Shown here: piece after piece, positions 19,707 through 29,741 of the stretch
Layout of the letters: each line of letters starts with the position of its first letter
Numbering within the stretch: position 1 is the first letter of the stretch
NCBI GenBank assembly: GCA_031291825.1
Contig: JARLIG010000009.1
Coordinates: 136,058-200,057, forward strand
Length of the DNA stretch: 64,000 nucleotides
DNA from: Minisyncoccota bacterium
Lineage (GTDB): Bacteria > Patescibacteriota > Minisyncoccia > Phycocordibacterales > UBA9973
Direction: 5' to 3'
Made by a program: the position numbers and the translations under genes
The notes under the pieces: model-generated
Told to the model about the DNA's origin: nothing
The model's input: the letters and a program-made list of their open reading frames with translations, nothing else
The model's database searches: none

Positions 19707-19958
19707 TTATTTAACTAGTTTTGATAAACGAGACTTTTTGCGGGCAGCGTTGTTTTTCTTAATAACGCCTTTTTGTGCAGATTTATCAATAGCCTGAAAA
19801 GCAGCAGAGAGCATTTTTTCGGCTCCAGCTTTATCTGTTTTTACAGTTTTCTCAATTTTTTTGATGATTTCCTTCATGACTTTCTTTCTCTGGTCATTGA
19901 AGGCCTTTTTGCGGAGTGAACCGCGAATTGCTTTTTTAGCTGATTGTGTTATTGGCAT
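19707..19958 (-). CDS. rpsT: 30S ribosomal protein S20 (start corrected to ATG 19958)
   Basis: MPITQSAKKAIR...IDKSAQKGVIKKNNAARKKSRL. Confidence 0.95.
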   Translation of the reverse strand: MPITQSAKKAIRGSLRKKAFNDQRKKVMKEIIKKIEKTVKTDKAGAEKMLSAAFQAIDKSAQKGVIKKNNAARKKSRLSKLVK

Positions 19959-20031
19959 ACAGATAATATAGCTTAAAATAACGATAAATGCAATCCCCGC
20001 CACGGCGGGGTAAATATGCTATGATAAATAT

Positions 20032-20598
20032 ATGATTGGTAGCATTAGGGGGAAAATAATATTCAAAACGGAGAAATTTTTAACTGTGGAAACAGGCGGG
20101 GTCGGCTATAAAGTAAGTGTCTCTCCCGATACATTGTCTAAAACAAAAAAGTTAGATAGTGAGATTTTTCTTTGGATTCACACTCATGTTCGCGAAGATG
20201 CCCTGGATTTATACGGATTTTTAAGCCAAGAGGAGTTGGAATTTTTTGAAATGCTCATAAATGTCTCCGGTATTGGACCAAAGGGGGCACTCTCCATTCT
20301 AGGAATTACATCTATCGAAACACTAAGAAAAGCTATTGGTATCGGCGATACAAGTTATCTCACAAAAATTTCTGGTATTGGGCGAAAAACTGCAGAAAAA
20401 ATTGTTATTGAGTTGAGAGATAAAGTTGGTAGAGAATTAGAAGGCAGTTCTCTGCAAGTAGAGTTAGATGCACTGGAAGCATTAAAATCACTCGGCTATT
20501 CTGCCATTGAAGCTCGCGATGCACTTAAAAAAGTTTCCGTAGATGCTAATACCAACACCAAAATCCGCGAAGCCTTGAAAATTTTAGGCGGAAAATAA
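20032..20598 (+). CDS. ruvA: Holliday junction branch migration protein RuvA
   Basis: GGVGY, VREDALDLYGF, VSGIGPK, GIGRKTAEKIVIELRDK. Confidence 0.97.
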   Translation: MIGSIRGKIIFKTEKFLTVETGGVGYKVSVSPDTLSKTKKLDSEIFLWIHTHVREDALDLYGFLSQEELEFFEMLINVSGIGPKGALSILGITSIETLRKAIGIGDTSYLTKISGIGRKTAEKIVIELRDKVGRELEGSSLQVELDALEALKSLGYSAIEARDALKKVSVDANTNTKIREALKILGGK

Positions 20599-20604
20599 AA
20601 ACCC

Positions 20605-21504
20605 ATGCCGGAATTACCAGAAGTTGAAAATCTTAGAATGGGTTTAGCGAAAAATATCCTAAACCAAAAAATTCTTAGCGTGGAAATAAGAAAACCAAAA
20701 CTTGTTTCTGGTAAGGGAACCTTGCGAAAAATTTCCCAAAAAAAGAAAGCCCAATTTATAAATGGTGTTGTGGGTGAAAAATTTATCGCCGTAGAAAGAA
20801 GAGCCAAGAATCTCATTTTCAAATTAACTCACGAAAAAATTATCATTGCTCATTTAAAAATGTCTGGGCAGTTTGTATATCAGAAAAAAAGTGGGCAGAA
20901 AGCTGTTATGGGCGGTCACTCCATAGAACTCTCAGAAACCAGACTGCCAAATAAACATTCACATATCATATTTAAATTAAGTAACGGGGTTTTGTACTAC
21001 AACGATACAAGAATGTTTGGGTATGTTCTCTACTACCAGAGCGCAAAAACATTTGAAGCAGAGAATCATTTTGTTATGTATGGGCTAGAACCATTGTCTC
21101 CAAAATTTACCGCTAAATATTTTTTTGAATCCCTGAAAAACAAAAAAGGAAAGATTAAAGCCGTGCTGATGGATCAGAAAATTGTCACTGGTCTCGGAAA
21201 TATCTATGCAGACGAGAGTTTGTTTGAGGCAAAAATACGTCCAGACAGACAAGCTTTCAGCATCTCAAAAAAGGAAGCCGAGGAACTACACAAAGCAATA
21301 ATTCGTATTATAAAGCGAGCTATCAAAGTTGGAGGTTCATCTGTGGCTACTTATCGTCTTTTAGATAATACTCGAGGTAATTACGCCAGAGAACACAAAG
21401 TATATGGAAAAAATGGAGAAATGTGTCCAAATTGCAAAAAACCGCTCACAAAAATAATAGTTGCCGGAAGAACAACGATTTTCTGCAAAACTTGTCAGAA
21501 GTAA
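20605..21504 (+). CDS. mutM: Formamidopyrimidine-DNA glycosylase
   Basis: MPELPEVE, HLKMSG, GLGNIYADE, C-terminal zinc finger. Confidence 0.97.
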   Translation: MPELPEVENLRMGLAKNILNQKILSVEIRKPKLVSGKGTLRKISQKKKAQFINGVVGEKFIAVERRAKNLIFKLTHEKIIIAHLKMSGQFVYQKKSGQKAVMGGHSIELSETRLPNKHSHIIFKLSNGVLYYNDTRMFGYVLYYQSAKTFEAENHFVMYGLEPLSPKFTAKYFFESLKNKKGKIKAVLMDQKIVTGLGNIYADESLFEAKIRPDRQAFSISKKEAEELHKAIIRIIKRAIKVGGSSVATYRLLDNTRGNYAREHKVYGKNGEMCPNCKKPLTKIIVAGRTTIFCKTCQK

Positions 21505-21530
21505 AAAAACAAAATAAAATTTTTCTGAAA

Positions 21531-21612
21531 GTGTGTAGAATTCTTGGTTTTTAAGGGCTTGCGCAGGCTGACGAGCCGAGCAGGAATAAAAATTCAGTAG
21601 AATTTTATATGT
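21531..21612 (+). repeat. Palindromic element, family A (intergenic)
   Basis: Core TGC-GCA-GG-CT-GACG-AG-CC-GA-GCA; G-U-rich outer arms. Confidence 0.75.
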
Positions 21613-21615
21613 ACC

Positions 21616-22095
21616 TTAAAAATTAAGAATTCGGAACAAAGCAATTCCAGTTGCCACAGAAACATTCAACGATTCTTTTTTGCCTCGCATTGGAATTTCA
21701 GCAACAATATCGCATTTTTCCAAAACGTTTTTAGGTATACCCGTCACTTCTGTGCCAACAATGAAAACATTTTTGTTTTGCAATTTAATTTTTTTGTAAT
21801 CAATGGATTTTTCATCTTGCTCAATAGCAATAATCTGAAAATTGTCCTTCTTTAGTTTTGCAAGTAATGGTAAAACACTTTTTTTCTGTTCCCAAGCAAC
21901 AAACTCTTCTGCCCCCAGCGCAGACTTTGCTAAATCTCTCCTCTTTCGCCCAAATCTATCTAAGGGTGTCGGCGTATAGCCCGTCAAATAAATTTTATTG
22001 ATTCCTGCAGCATCTGCCGTACGAAACATCGCCCCAACGTTTTCCACACTTCGGATATTATGCAAAATTAAAATGTTTTCCTGTTGTTTTTTCAT
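21616..22095 (-). CDS. SpoU/TrmH-family RNA methyltransferase
   Basis: NIRSVENVGAMFRTADA; IPMRGKKESLNVSVA. Confidence 0.93.
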   Translation of the reverse strand: MKKQQENILILHNIRSVENVGAMFRTADAAGINKIYLTGYTPTPLDRFGRKRRDLAKSALGAEEFVAWEQKKSVLPLLAKLKKDNFQIIAIEQDEKSIDYKKIKLQNKNVFIVGTEVTGIPKNVLEKCDIVAEIPMRGKKESLNVSVATGIALFRILNF

Positions 22096-22098
22096 ACT

Positions 22099-23319
22099 TT
22101 ATTTTAAAAAATTTTTATTTCTCATTTTTTTATGATAAGTAATTGCAAAACGGTGCGCTTCGCTGTTAGCCAACAAAATCTCTCTCTTGTATTTTAACCC
22201 AAATTTTTCATCTCCCATAATGGCCCTTGCTTTATGGTGTTCATCTTTTACTACTGAGACAATTGGAATTTTTAATCCAATATTCCTTAATATCTTCTGT
22301 GTAGCATTTATCTGCGCGATACTTCCATCGACAACAACCAAGCTCGGATAAGACCATTCAGTGTGCCCGAACCTCCTCTCCAAGACTTCGGCAAGCGCTC
22401 CAGTATCATTAGCATCAGCCTGTGTTCGGATTTTAAATTTTCGATATTCATTTTTATTTACTTCTCCGTCTTCTACTACGACCATTACGCCGACCATATT
22501 TTTACCGCCCATGTGGGCAATATCATAAGCCTCAATGCGTGTACTGATTGCAGGTGTCAGGCTTCTGCCTTGCAGAATACCGACATCTGCAACCACATCC
22601 GAGTTTTTTATAAGCGCTACATCATTGATGTGTTGCAGAGCAAAAAGTTGTCTTTTTATTTCTCCAGCTTTTTCAAATTCTCGCACCTTAGAATATTCGT
22701 GCATTTCTTTTTTGAGATTTCTGAAAATTTGTTGTTTTTTGCCAGAGAAAAATAAAATTATATTTTTTATATTTTGTTTGTAGAGTTTTGTATCATTTAA
22801 ATCTGGAACTAAATTTATTTGTCTATAAAATTCTATATAATTTTTACTTTTATCATCTAAGAATGGGAAAATTTTGCGAATAATTTTTAAAGCTTCTTTT
22901 AATTGACTGCCGTTTGGATAGGGCCCAAAAACTTTATAAAAAACTTCTTGTTTTAAATTTTTTCCCCTTACTAAAACAACTCTAGGCAATTTTTCTTTAG
23001 TAATACAAACATAATTAAAACTTTTATCTGATTTTTCTTTAGTATTGTATTTGGGCTGATATTTTTTAATTAAATTAGCTTCTAGAATTAAAGCTTCAAG
23101 AACACTATCGGTTGTCTGCCAATCTATCTTATCTGCCTTAAAAACCATATCCAAAATTATTGGCCCCCTGGTTTCAATTAAGTCCTTTCCAAAATAACTT
23201 TTCACTCTGTCTTTTAAGGAAGTGGCTTTACCAATATATAAAATTTCCTTACCCTTCAGGAAGAAATAAACCCCTGGTTTATCTGGAAGCTTTATTTTTT
23301 TAAAAGTTTCTTTTTTCAT
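22099..23319 (-). CDS. uvrC: Excinuclease ABC subunit C (short form, no C-terminal HhH)
   Basis: GIY-YIG (PGVYFF..YIGKA), UVR domain, RNase H-like IEAYDIAH..VDGS. Confidence 0.9.
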   Translation of the reverse strand: MKKETFKKIKLPDKPGVYFFLKGKEILYIGKATSLKDRVKSYFGKDLIETRGPIILDMVFKADKIDWQTTDSVLEALILEANLIKKYQPKYNTKEKSDKSFNYVCITKEKLPRVVLVRGKNLKQEVFYKVFGPYPNGSQLKEALKIIRKIFPFLDDKSKNYIEFYRQINLVPDLNDTKLYKQNIKNIILFFSGKKQQIFRNLKKEMHEYSKVREFEKAGEIKRQLFALQHINDVALIKNSDVVADVGILQGRSLTPAISTRIEAYDIAHMGGKNMVGVMVVVEDGEVNKNEYRKFKIRTQADANDTGALAEVLERRFGHTEWSYPSLVVVDGSIAQINATQKILRNIGLKIPIVSVVKDEHHKARAIMGDEKFGLKYKREILLANSEAHRFAITYHKKMRNKNFLK

Positions 23320-23320
23320 C

Positions 23321-25981
23321 CTATTTTCTTAATACTTTTTTAAGATATTTTCCTGTGTAACTTTTTATATTGTTTGCCACATCTTCTGGTGTTCCCTTTG
23401 CTACAATATTACCACCATTTACTCCACCTTCTGGTCCGATATCTATTATATAATCAGAACTTTTCACAATATCAAGATTGTGTTCAATCAAAACCACAGT
23501 ATTACCGTGTGAAACCAATTTATTTAAAACTTCTAAAAGTTTATGCACGTCATCGTAATGCAACCCAACGGTTGGTTCATCTAAAAGATAAATTGTTTTT
23601 TCTAGGTGTGGACGATAAAGCTCACTACTAATTTTTACACGTTGCGCTTCGCCACCAGAAAGAGTCGTAGCAGATTGCCCTAATTCTAAATATCCCAACC
23701 CTACGTCCAGCAATGTTTGCAGTCTATCAGAAATAGCTGGGATATCTTTAAAGAAAACCAATCCTTCTTCCACTGTCATATGTAAAACTTCATAAATACT
23801 TTTTTTCTTATATTTTACAGTCAGTGTCTCTTTATCAAAACGAGCTCCATTACAAACGTCACACGTGACATAAACAGTCGGTAAAAAATGCATCTCTACG
23901 GCAATTTCTCCATTTCCTTCACAAGCTTCACAACGCCCACCTTTTACGTTGAAAGAAAAACGGTTAGATTTCCAGCCACGCAATCGCGCTTCTTCTGTAG
24001 TAGCGAACAAATCACGAATGTGTGTAAAAGCTCCAGTGTAAGTCGCCAAGTTTGAACGTGGCGTTCTACCAATTGGAGATTGGTCAATCAAAATTGCTCG
24101 AGATAAATATTCAGTACCAGAAAAAGAAGTACAGTTGAAAATTTTGGCTGTACGGTATTTTCGTTCGTAGCGCGCTTGAAGATTTTTATAAAGAATCTCA
24201 TACATAAAAGAACTTTTACCAGAACCAGAGACTCCTGTAATAGAAGTCATCACTCCAAGGGGAACTTCAATGTTTAAATTTTTTATATTAAAAATTTTTC
24301 CACCAGCAATACGAAGTGCACCTTTGGCCTCTCGACGTTTTTTAGGAATTTCTATTTTCGTTTCACCGCGTAGATAACTTAGAGTGCGAGAATTATTGGT
24401 ATTCTTTTTAGCAGTCAATAAATCTTCCAAAAAACCAGCAACGATCACCTGTCCTCCATGTACTCCAGCCTTCGGCCCAATATCAACAATATAATCTGAG
24501 GCATAAATAGTGTCCTCGTCGTGCTCTACAATTATAATTGTATTTCCTAAATCACGTAGATTTTGCAAGGTTTTTATAAGTCTGTCGTTGTCTCGCTGAT
24601 GTAAGCCAATCGTTGGTTCATCAAGCACATAAAGCGCTCCAACCAACCTCGAGCCAAGTTGAGAAGCCAAGCGAATACGTTGCGCTTCGCCACCAGAAAG
24701 AGTATTGGCTTTTCTGGAAAGTTGTAAATAATCTAGTCCGACATCCAACATAAATTGGAGTCTAGCTTCTATTTCTCGAACCACTGGTACAGAGATTTCT
24801 TTTTCTTGTTCAGAAAGTTTCAAATTTTTGAAAAAATCATGCGCATCTTTAATCGAGAGTGAAGATAATTCTAAAATATTTATTTTTTTGTTTTTATCTT
24901 CCAAAAATACATTCAATGCCTCTGGGCGCAGACGCGCTCCGTGACAAGCATCACATGGTTCATCACCCATAAAATATTTTGAACCAAGACCGTTACAGGC
25001 AGGGCAAGCTCCATAAGGAGAATTAAAAGAAAATAATCTCGGTTCAACTTCTGGAAAAGAAAACCCATCGTTCTTACAAGCAAACTTGGCAGACATGATG
25101 AATTCCTCTTCACCAATCTTGATTGTGACTAAGCTGTCAGATTCAAGCAATGCTCGTTCTAGAGCTTCCGATAAACGCATCCTGCTTCCATCCTTATCAT
25201 CAGTAAATTCATGCACAGCAAAATGGTCCACTAGAATATCAATATTATGCGCTTTGTTCTTGGAAAGAATAATTTGCTCACGAAGTTTTTTCATTGCTCC
25301 ATCTAAGCGAATTTCGGTAAAACCTTTATTAAGCAAATCATAGAGTAATTGATAATATTCTCCTTTTCGTCCGCGGACAACTGGAGAAAAAATACTGATT
25401 TCAGTTTCATCCCATTCCACTCCCATCACCTTTCTTTTTTTGCTTTTAGGGACTTGGGGGGAAGAATTCTGAACGGGGAAGGTTCCAGCCGAAGGCTGGA
25501 GTAATCCAGAGGAATTCTTTCCCCCGAGTCCTTTCACCTTTTCCAAAATAAAATTTAAAATTTGTTCGTTGGAAAGTTTTTTAATTTCTTCTCCACATTG
25601 CGGACAATGTGGATGCCCGATGCGTGCATACATCACACGCAGATAATCATAAATTTCGGTAATCGTCGCCACGGTGGAGCGCGGATTATTTGAACGAGAT
25701 TTTTGGTCAATAGAAATTGCTGGAGAAAGTCCAGTGATTTCATCTACGTCTGGCTTTGGCATTTGATTTAAAAATTGGCGCGCATAAGAAGACAGGGACT
25801 CTACATATCTTCTCTGCCCTTCTGCAAAAATTGTATCAAAGGCTAATGATGATTTGCCAGAGCCAGAAACACCGGTAATTACCACCATTTTGTTGCGAGG
25901 CATTTCCACACTTATATTCTTCAGGTTATGGGTCTTTGCTCCTTTAACTATTATTTTATCTATATTTTGCTGTATTTTCAT
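23321..25981 (-). CDS. uvrA: Excinuclease ABC subunit A (probable start ATG 25981)
   Basis: Two GVSGSGKSS Walker A, two LSGGEAQR, zinc fingers. Confidence 0.97.
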   Translation of the reverse strand: MKIQQNIDKIIVKGAKTHNLKNISVEMPRNKMVVITGVSGSGKSSLAFDTIFAEGQRRYVESLSSYARQFLNQMPKPDVDEITGLSPAISIDQKSRSNNPRSTVATITEIYDYLRVMYARIGHPHCPQCGEEIKKLSNEQILNFILEKVKGLGGKNSSGLLQPSAGTFPVQNSSPQVPKSKKRKVMGVEWDETEISIFSPVVRGRKGEYYQLLYDLLNKGFTEIRLDGAMKKLREQIILSKNKAHNIDILVDHFAVHEFTDDKDGSRMRLSEALERALLESDSLVTIKIGEEEFIMSAKFACKNDGFSFPEVEPRLFSFNSPYGACPACNGLGSKYFMGDEPCDACHGARLRPEALNVFLEDKNKKINILELSSLSIKDAHDFFKNLKLSEQEKEISVPVVREIEARLQFMLDVGLDYLQLSRKANTLSGGEAQRIRLASQLGSRLVGALYVLDEPTIGLHQRDNDRLIKTLQNLRDLGNTIIIVEHDEDTIYASDYIVDIGPKAGVHGGQVIVAGFLEDLLTAKKNTNNSRTLSYLRGETKIEIPKKRREAKGALRIAGGKIFNIKNLNIEVPLGVMTSITGVSGSGKSSFMYEILYKNLQARYERKYRTAKIFNCTSFSGTEYLSRAILIDQSPIGRTPRSNLATYTGAFTHIRDLFATTEEARLRGWKSNRFSFNVKGGRCEACEGNGEIAVEMHFLPTVYVTCDVCNGARFDKETLTVKYKKKSIYEVLHMTVEEGLVFFKDIPAISDRLQTLLDVGLGYLELGQSATTLSGGEAQRVKISSELYRPHLEKTIYLLDEPTVGLHYDDVHKLLEVLNKLVSHGNTVVLIEHNLDIVKSSDYIIDIGPEGGVNGGNIVAKGTPEDVANNIKSYTGKYLKKVLRK

Positions 25982-26102
25982 TTGAATTTCATAAAATTTA
26001 AGCCCTAGAACACAAGAGACCTCACTAAGTAGATAGGGGGTCAAGATGACTCAAGCTCAATATTAAACTGGTTTTAGTATAGCAGAAAAAATAAAAAAGT
26101 CT

Positions 26103-28307
26103 TTATCTTTTTTCTTGACCAATCCGCTGTCTCAAAACTCCAATTTCATCTCGTAAAATCGCGGCAGTTTCAAAATCTAATTCTTTAACAGCTTTATTCA
26201 TTTCTTTCTCTTTGATTTTTATTATTTTTTCGTAAACCAAGTTACTTCGTTCTTCGTCTGACATGTGTAATTTTACTTCGGTTAATCCATCTTTTTTAGT
26301 TACCTTACTTTTATCACTCTTTAATTCTTTGGCATAAGCGCGTTTGAAAACTTCTAAATCAAGATTTAACTCTGCGTTGACTGTTTTTCCGTGTTCACTT
26401 TCTAATTCTTCAGTAATGTCTTTGATCTTTTTCATAATCGTCTTCGGAGTAATACCATGTTTTTTGTTGTAAGCCAATTGAATATTTCTTCTGCGGGCGG
26501 TTTCACCTAGGGCATACTCCATAGCAGGAGTTATAACATCAGCGTAGAGAATTACTCTTCCTTCACTATTTCTAGCCGCACGTCCAATTGTTTGTACCAA
26601 GGATGTTTCCGAACGTAAGAATCCAGACTTATCAGCGTCTAAAATGCCAATCAAGGCGACTTCTGGTAAATCAAGTCCTTCGCGAAGCAAATTCACTCCA
26701 ACTAAAACATCAAACTCTCCTTTTCTAAATTGGGTTAAAATTTTTATTCTATCAATTGTCTTAATATCGCTATGTAAATATTCTGCTTTAATTTTTTTAT
26801 CTTTTAAATAGACAGAAAGGTCTTCTGCCATTTTTTTAGTGAGCGTTGTCGCTAAAACACGAAAACCTCTTTTAATTGTTTTTTCCGTTTCGTTTATAAA
26901 ATCTTGAATTTGGCCAGGAAAGTGAGTGTTCTCGTAGGAATCTTCGCTGTGGCCAGAAAGACCTTGCCCTCCCAAGACAGAGTGCGAATGACGAAGAGAA
27001 TACTCGCTTCCCTGGCCCTCTGAGATTGGTCTAATTATTGTTTCGGGGTCAACTAGTCCTGTTGGACGAATAATTTGCTCTACTATTTGTTCGCTCTGAG
27101 TTCTCTCTTGTTCACTTGGTGTAGCACTAGTATAAATAACCGAACCAATTCTTTTTTGAAATTCTTCATATTTTAAAGGTCTATTATCTTTGGCCGAAGG
27201 CAGACGAAAGCCATATTCCACAAGGGTATTTTTACGTGAAGCATCTCCCGCATACATGCCTTGCAGTTGCGGCAAAGTCACGTGGGATTCATCAATGATA
27301 GTGAGAAAACCTGTTTTTGGAAAATAAGAAAGTAATGTTTCTGGCGGTTCACCTGCAGCTTTGCCTGACAAATGTCTAGAATAATTTTCGATGCCGTTGC
27401 AATAACCAACTTCGCGAATCATCGCCAAATCATAGTTGGTTCTTCTTTTTATACGCTCAGCTTCAAGTAATTTTCCTTCTTTTTCGAATTTTTTTAACTG
27501 TCCATTTAATTCTTTTTTTATTTCAACTAATGCTCTTTTCTTTTTTACATCTTCGGTAATAAAATGTTTCGCTGGAAAAATAAAAATATTTTTTTCTTCA
27601 GAAATTATTGTAGAAGAAACTGGGTCAATTTTAGTCATTTTTTCTAGGACCAAACCTTTAAATTCTATTTGGTACATGTTGGTCTCCGACACAGGCATAA
27701 ATTCAACTCTCGTACCAATAGAGCGAAATTGTCCTGGACTTAAGTCAGCATTGGTGCGTTCAAAGTGAATTTCGATTAACTTTCTCATTAAAGTCATGCG
27801 ATCAAGCTTCATACCAAGCTCAAGTTTAAGATTCACTTTTTCATATTCTTCTGGAGAGCCTAATCCATATATACAAGAAACCGAAGCAACAATTATCACA
27901 TCCTTTCTGGTGAGTAATGCCTGGGTTGAAGCATGACGCAGTCTGTCTATTTCTTTATTTATCTGCGCATCTTTTTCAATGTAAGTATCAGAGGCTGGCA
28001 TGTAAGCTTCTGGCTGATAGTAGTCATAGTAAGAAACAAAATAATGCACCGCTGAGTCGGGGAAAAATTGTCTGAATTCTTGCGCAAGTTGCGCAGCTAG
28101 GGTTTTATTGTGCGCAATTACAAGTGTTGGCTTATTGTACTCTGCAATAACATTAGCCATCGTAAAAGTCTTCCCAGTGCCAGTGGCCCCCAGAAGAGTT
28201 TGTTTATTCATTCCTTTGTTTAAACCATCCATCAACTTTGAAATAGCTACTGGCTGATCCCCCGCGGGCTGAAAAGGATTATGCAGTTTGAAAATATTTT
28301 TTTGCAT
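26103..28307 (-). CDS. uvrB: Excinuclease ABC subunit B
   Basis: GATGTGKT, YYDYYQPEAY, DESH, QTIGRAAR, UVR tail. Confidence 0.97.
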   Translation of the reverse strand: MQKNIFKLHNPFQPAGDQPVAISKLMDGLNKGMNKQTLLGATGTGKTFTMANVIAEYNKPTLVIAHNKTLAAQLAQEFRQFFPDSAVHYFVSYYDYYQPEAYMPASDTYIEKDAQINKEIDRLRHASTQALLTRKDVIIVASVSCIYGLGSPEEYEKVNLKLELGMKLDRMTLMRKLIEIHFERTNADLSPGQFRSIGTRVEFMPVSETNMYQIEFKGLVLEKMTKIDPVSSTIISEEKNIFIFPAKHFITEDVKKKRALVEIKKELNGQLKKFEKEGKLLEAERIKRRTNYDLAMIREVGYCNGIENYSRHLSGKAAGEPPETLLSYFPKTGFLTIIDESHVTLPQLQGMYAGDASRKNTLVEYGFRLPSAKDNRPLKYEEFQKRIGSVIYTSATPSEQERTQSEQIVEQIIRPTGLVDPETIIRPISEGQGSEYSLRHSHSVLGGQGLSGHSEDSYENTHFPGQIQDFINETEKTIKRGFRVLATTLTKKMAEDLSVYLKDKKIKAEYLHSDIKTIDRIKILTQFRKGEFDVLVGVNLLREGLDLPEVALIGILDADKSGFLRSETSLVQTIGRAARNSEGRVILYADVITPAMEYALGETARRRNIQLAYNKKHGITPKTIMKKIKDITEELESEHGKTVNAELNLDLEVFKRAYAKELKSDKSKVTKKDGLTEVKLHMSDEERSNLVYEKIIKIKEKEMNKAVKELDFETAAILRDEIGVLRQRIGQEKR

Positions 28308-28354
28308 AAAATTAAATCAATTATAAAATTTACCTAAAAAATAATCCTCCTATA

Positions 28355-28468
28355 TTAATAGCTAGTGTAAGCATTATCATACGCTTTAACAACAATTTTA
28401 TATGTAAGCAATGAGCCAATTATCGTTATGATAAGAAAATATAAAAATACTTTATTGAATTTAAACAT
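28355..28468 (-). CDS. Small single-TM protein (37 aa, not in ORF track)
   Basis: MFKFNKVFLYFLIITIIGSLLTYKIVVKAYDNAYTSY; TGC-TATAAT 6 nt before ATG. Confidence 0.55.
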   Translation of the reverse strand: MFKFNKVFLYFLIITIIGSLLTYKIVVKAYDNAYTSY

Positions 28469-28497
28469 AAAAACATTATAGCATTTACTTTATCTTG

Positions 28498-28570
28498 TGC
28501 GCCCAGTTGGAATCGAACCAACGACCTTATCCTTAAAAGGGATCTGCTCTACCAGCTGAGCTATGGGCGC
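28498..28570 (-). tRNA. tRNA-Lys(TTT)
   Basis: GCGCCCA/TGGGCGC acceptor stem, anticodon loop CT-TTT-AA, GTTCGATTC; CCA not encoded (CAA follows). Confidence 0.93.
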
Positions 28571-28603
28571 AAAATTACCAACAGGTTTGATAATACCACA
28601 ATT

Positions 28604-29251
28604 CTAAAAAGCTTCAAGTAAAAATTTTTCAAGGGCTGCTTCGGCGTCCTGTCCATTTTTTCTAGCTTCTGGTAAAAGATAGCTTAATCTTGAAATTAAA
28701 GTTTTTAATTGCTCTTCTTTGAATTTACTAAAGTTCTTTTTTAAAATCATATCTTTAACTTTCCAAAAAATGATGCCGTTAATTTCTTCCAAACTAGCGC
28801 CAAGGTCTATTGCTTGCCTAAAGTAAATCCAAGTATTTAATTTGTCCTTGTTGGCAAAGGCATTTGCTACCAAAAAATTATCAAATTTTTCTTTTTTTTC
28901 TTTGGGCAATTCAAAATAATTCAACTCCGCTCTGGCTTTTTTAAAAATATCTATAACAGGTTTGTTTAATTTGCCTTCTAAGAAGGCAAATACATTATTA
29001 GCGTCTCCCATAAGATTTAGTCTATCTAAAAGAAAATTTCTAGTTTCTTCGTTTTCTAAAATACCTGAAAAAACAATAGTAGATTTACCATAAAATAAAC
29101 CGGAACCAGAATACAAACTTTCAATTTGCATTGGATTAAAATTGTTTCTACTAATAAAAAGGGTTTCTGTATTTTGGGGTGTGGCTTTTATAAATTTTTC
29201 GTATACAGAAAATTTTTTTTCTGTATCATCACCATAAAAAAGATATATCAT
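28604..29251 (-). CDS. DNA polymerase III delta subunit-like protein (shortened)
   Basis: MIYLFYGDD start and helical C-terminus ending ALEKFLL, typical of HolA-like proteins. Confidence 0.6.
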   Translation of the reverse strand: MIYLFYGDDTEKKFSVYEKFIKATPQNTETLFISRNNFNPMQIESLYSGSGLFYGKSTIVFSGILENEETRNFLLDRLNLMGDANNVFAFLEGKLNKPVIDIFKKARAELNYFELPKEKKEKFDNFLVANAFANKDKLNTWIYFRQAIDLGASLEEINGIIFWKVKDMILKKNFSKFKEEQLKTLISRLSYLLPEARKNGQDAEAALEKFLLEAF

Positions 29252-29254
29252 ATA

Positions 29255-29719
29255 TTAAAATAAAACTGATTTTTTGTATGCTAAATAAGGAGCACCATAT
29301 TTTTCCGCTAGAATTTTTTCCTCCTCTTCTAGAAAAATAAATTTAGCTATCAAAAAAGCAAAAAAGGAAAGGAAAATTACAAAAAAAGCATTGGCAATCA
29401 TTCCACAACCCAACATTAAAAAGAAAAGTCCAAAATTGGTTGGAGTTCTAGTAAAAGCATAAGGTCCATGAGAAAAAAATTCTTTATCGGGAGTGCCTTT
29501 TTGTAAACTTCGGGATGTTTTTTGTGCCCAAAAGACTAAAATTGTGCCGAGGATTAAAAGAACAATGCCAGTTGTTGCAACCGAACGACTAAAAACCTGC
29601 AAATTAAAAATTAAATCAAGGCAGATTGCGATCACAAACAAGAGAAAGTACGCAAAGTACGAATGGAATAAAACTTTATGCACTTTGTTTTTATGAAGTT
29701 GTGCTTTTTTGCCTTCCAT
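29255..29719 (-). CDS. Isoprenylcysteine carboxyl methyltransferase/PEMT-family membrane protein
   Basis: GPYAFTRTP, EEEKILAEKYGAPYLAYKK. Confidence 0.8.
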   Translation of the reverse strand: MEGKKAQLHKNKVHKVLFHSYFAYFLLFVIAICLDLIFNLQVFSRSVATTGIVLLILGTILVFWAQKTSRSLQKGTPDKEFFSHGPYAFTRTPTNFGLFFLMLGCGMIANAFFVIFLSFFAFLIAKFIFLEEEEKILAEKYGAPYLAYKKSVLF

Positions 29720-29741
29720 TACCTTATTATATCACAATTTA

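Noticed and set aside
26912-27017. In-gene inserts as inteins or group I introns
   Set aside because: Far too short, no intein terminal residues or group I core; kept only as palindromic insertions.
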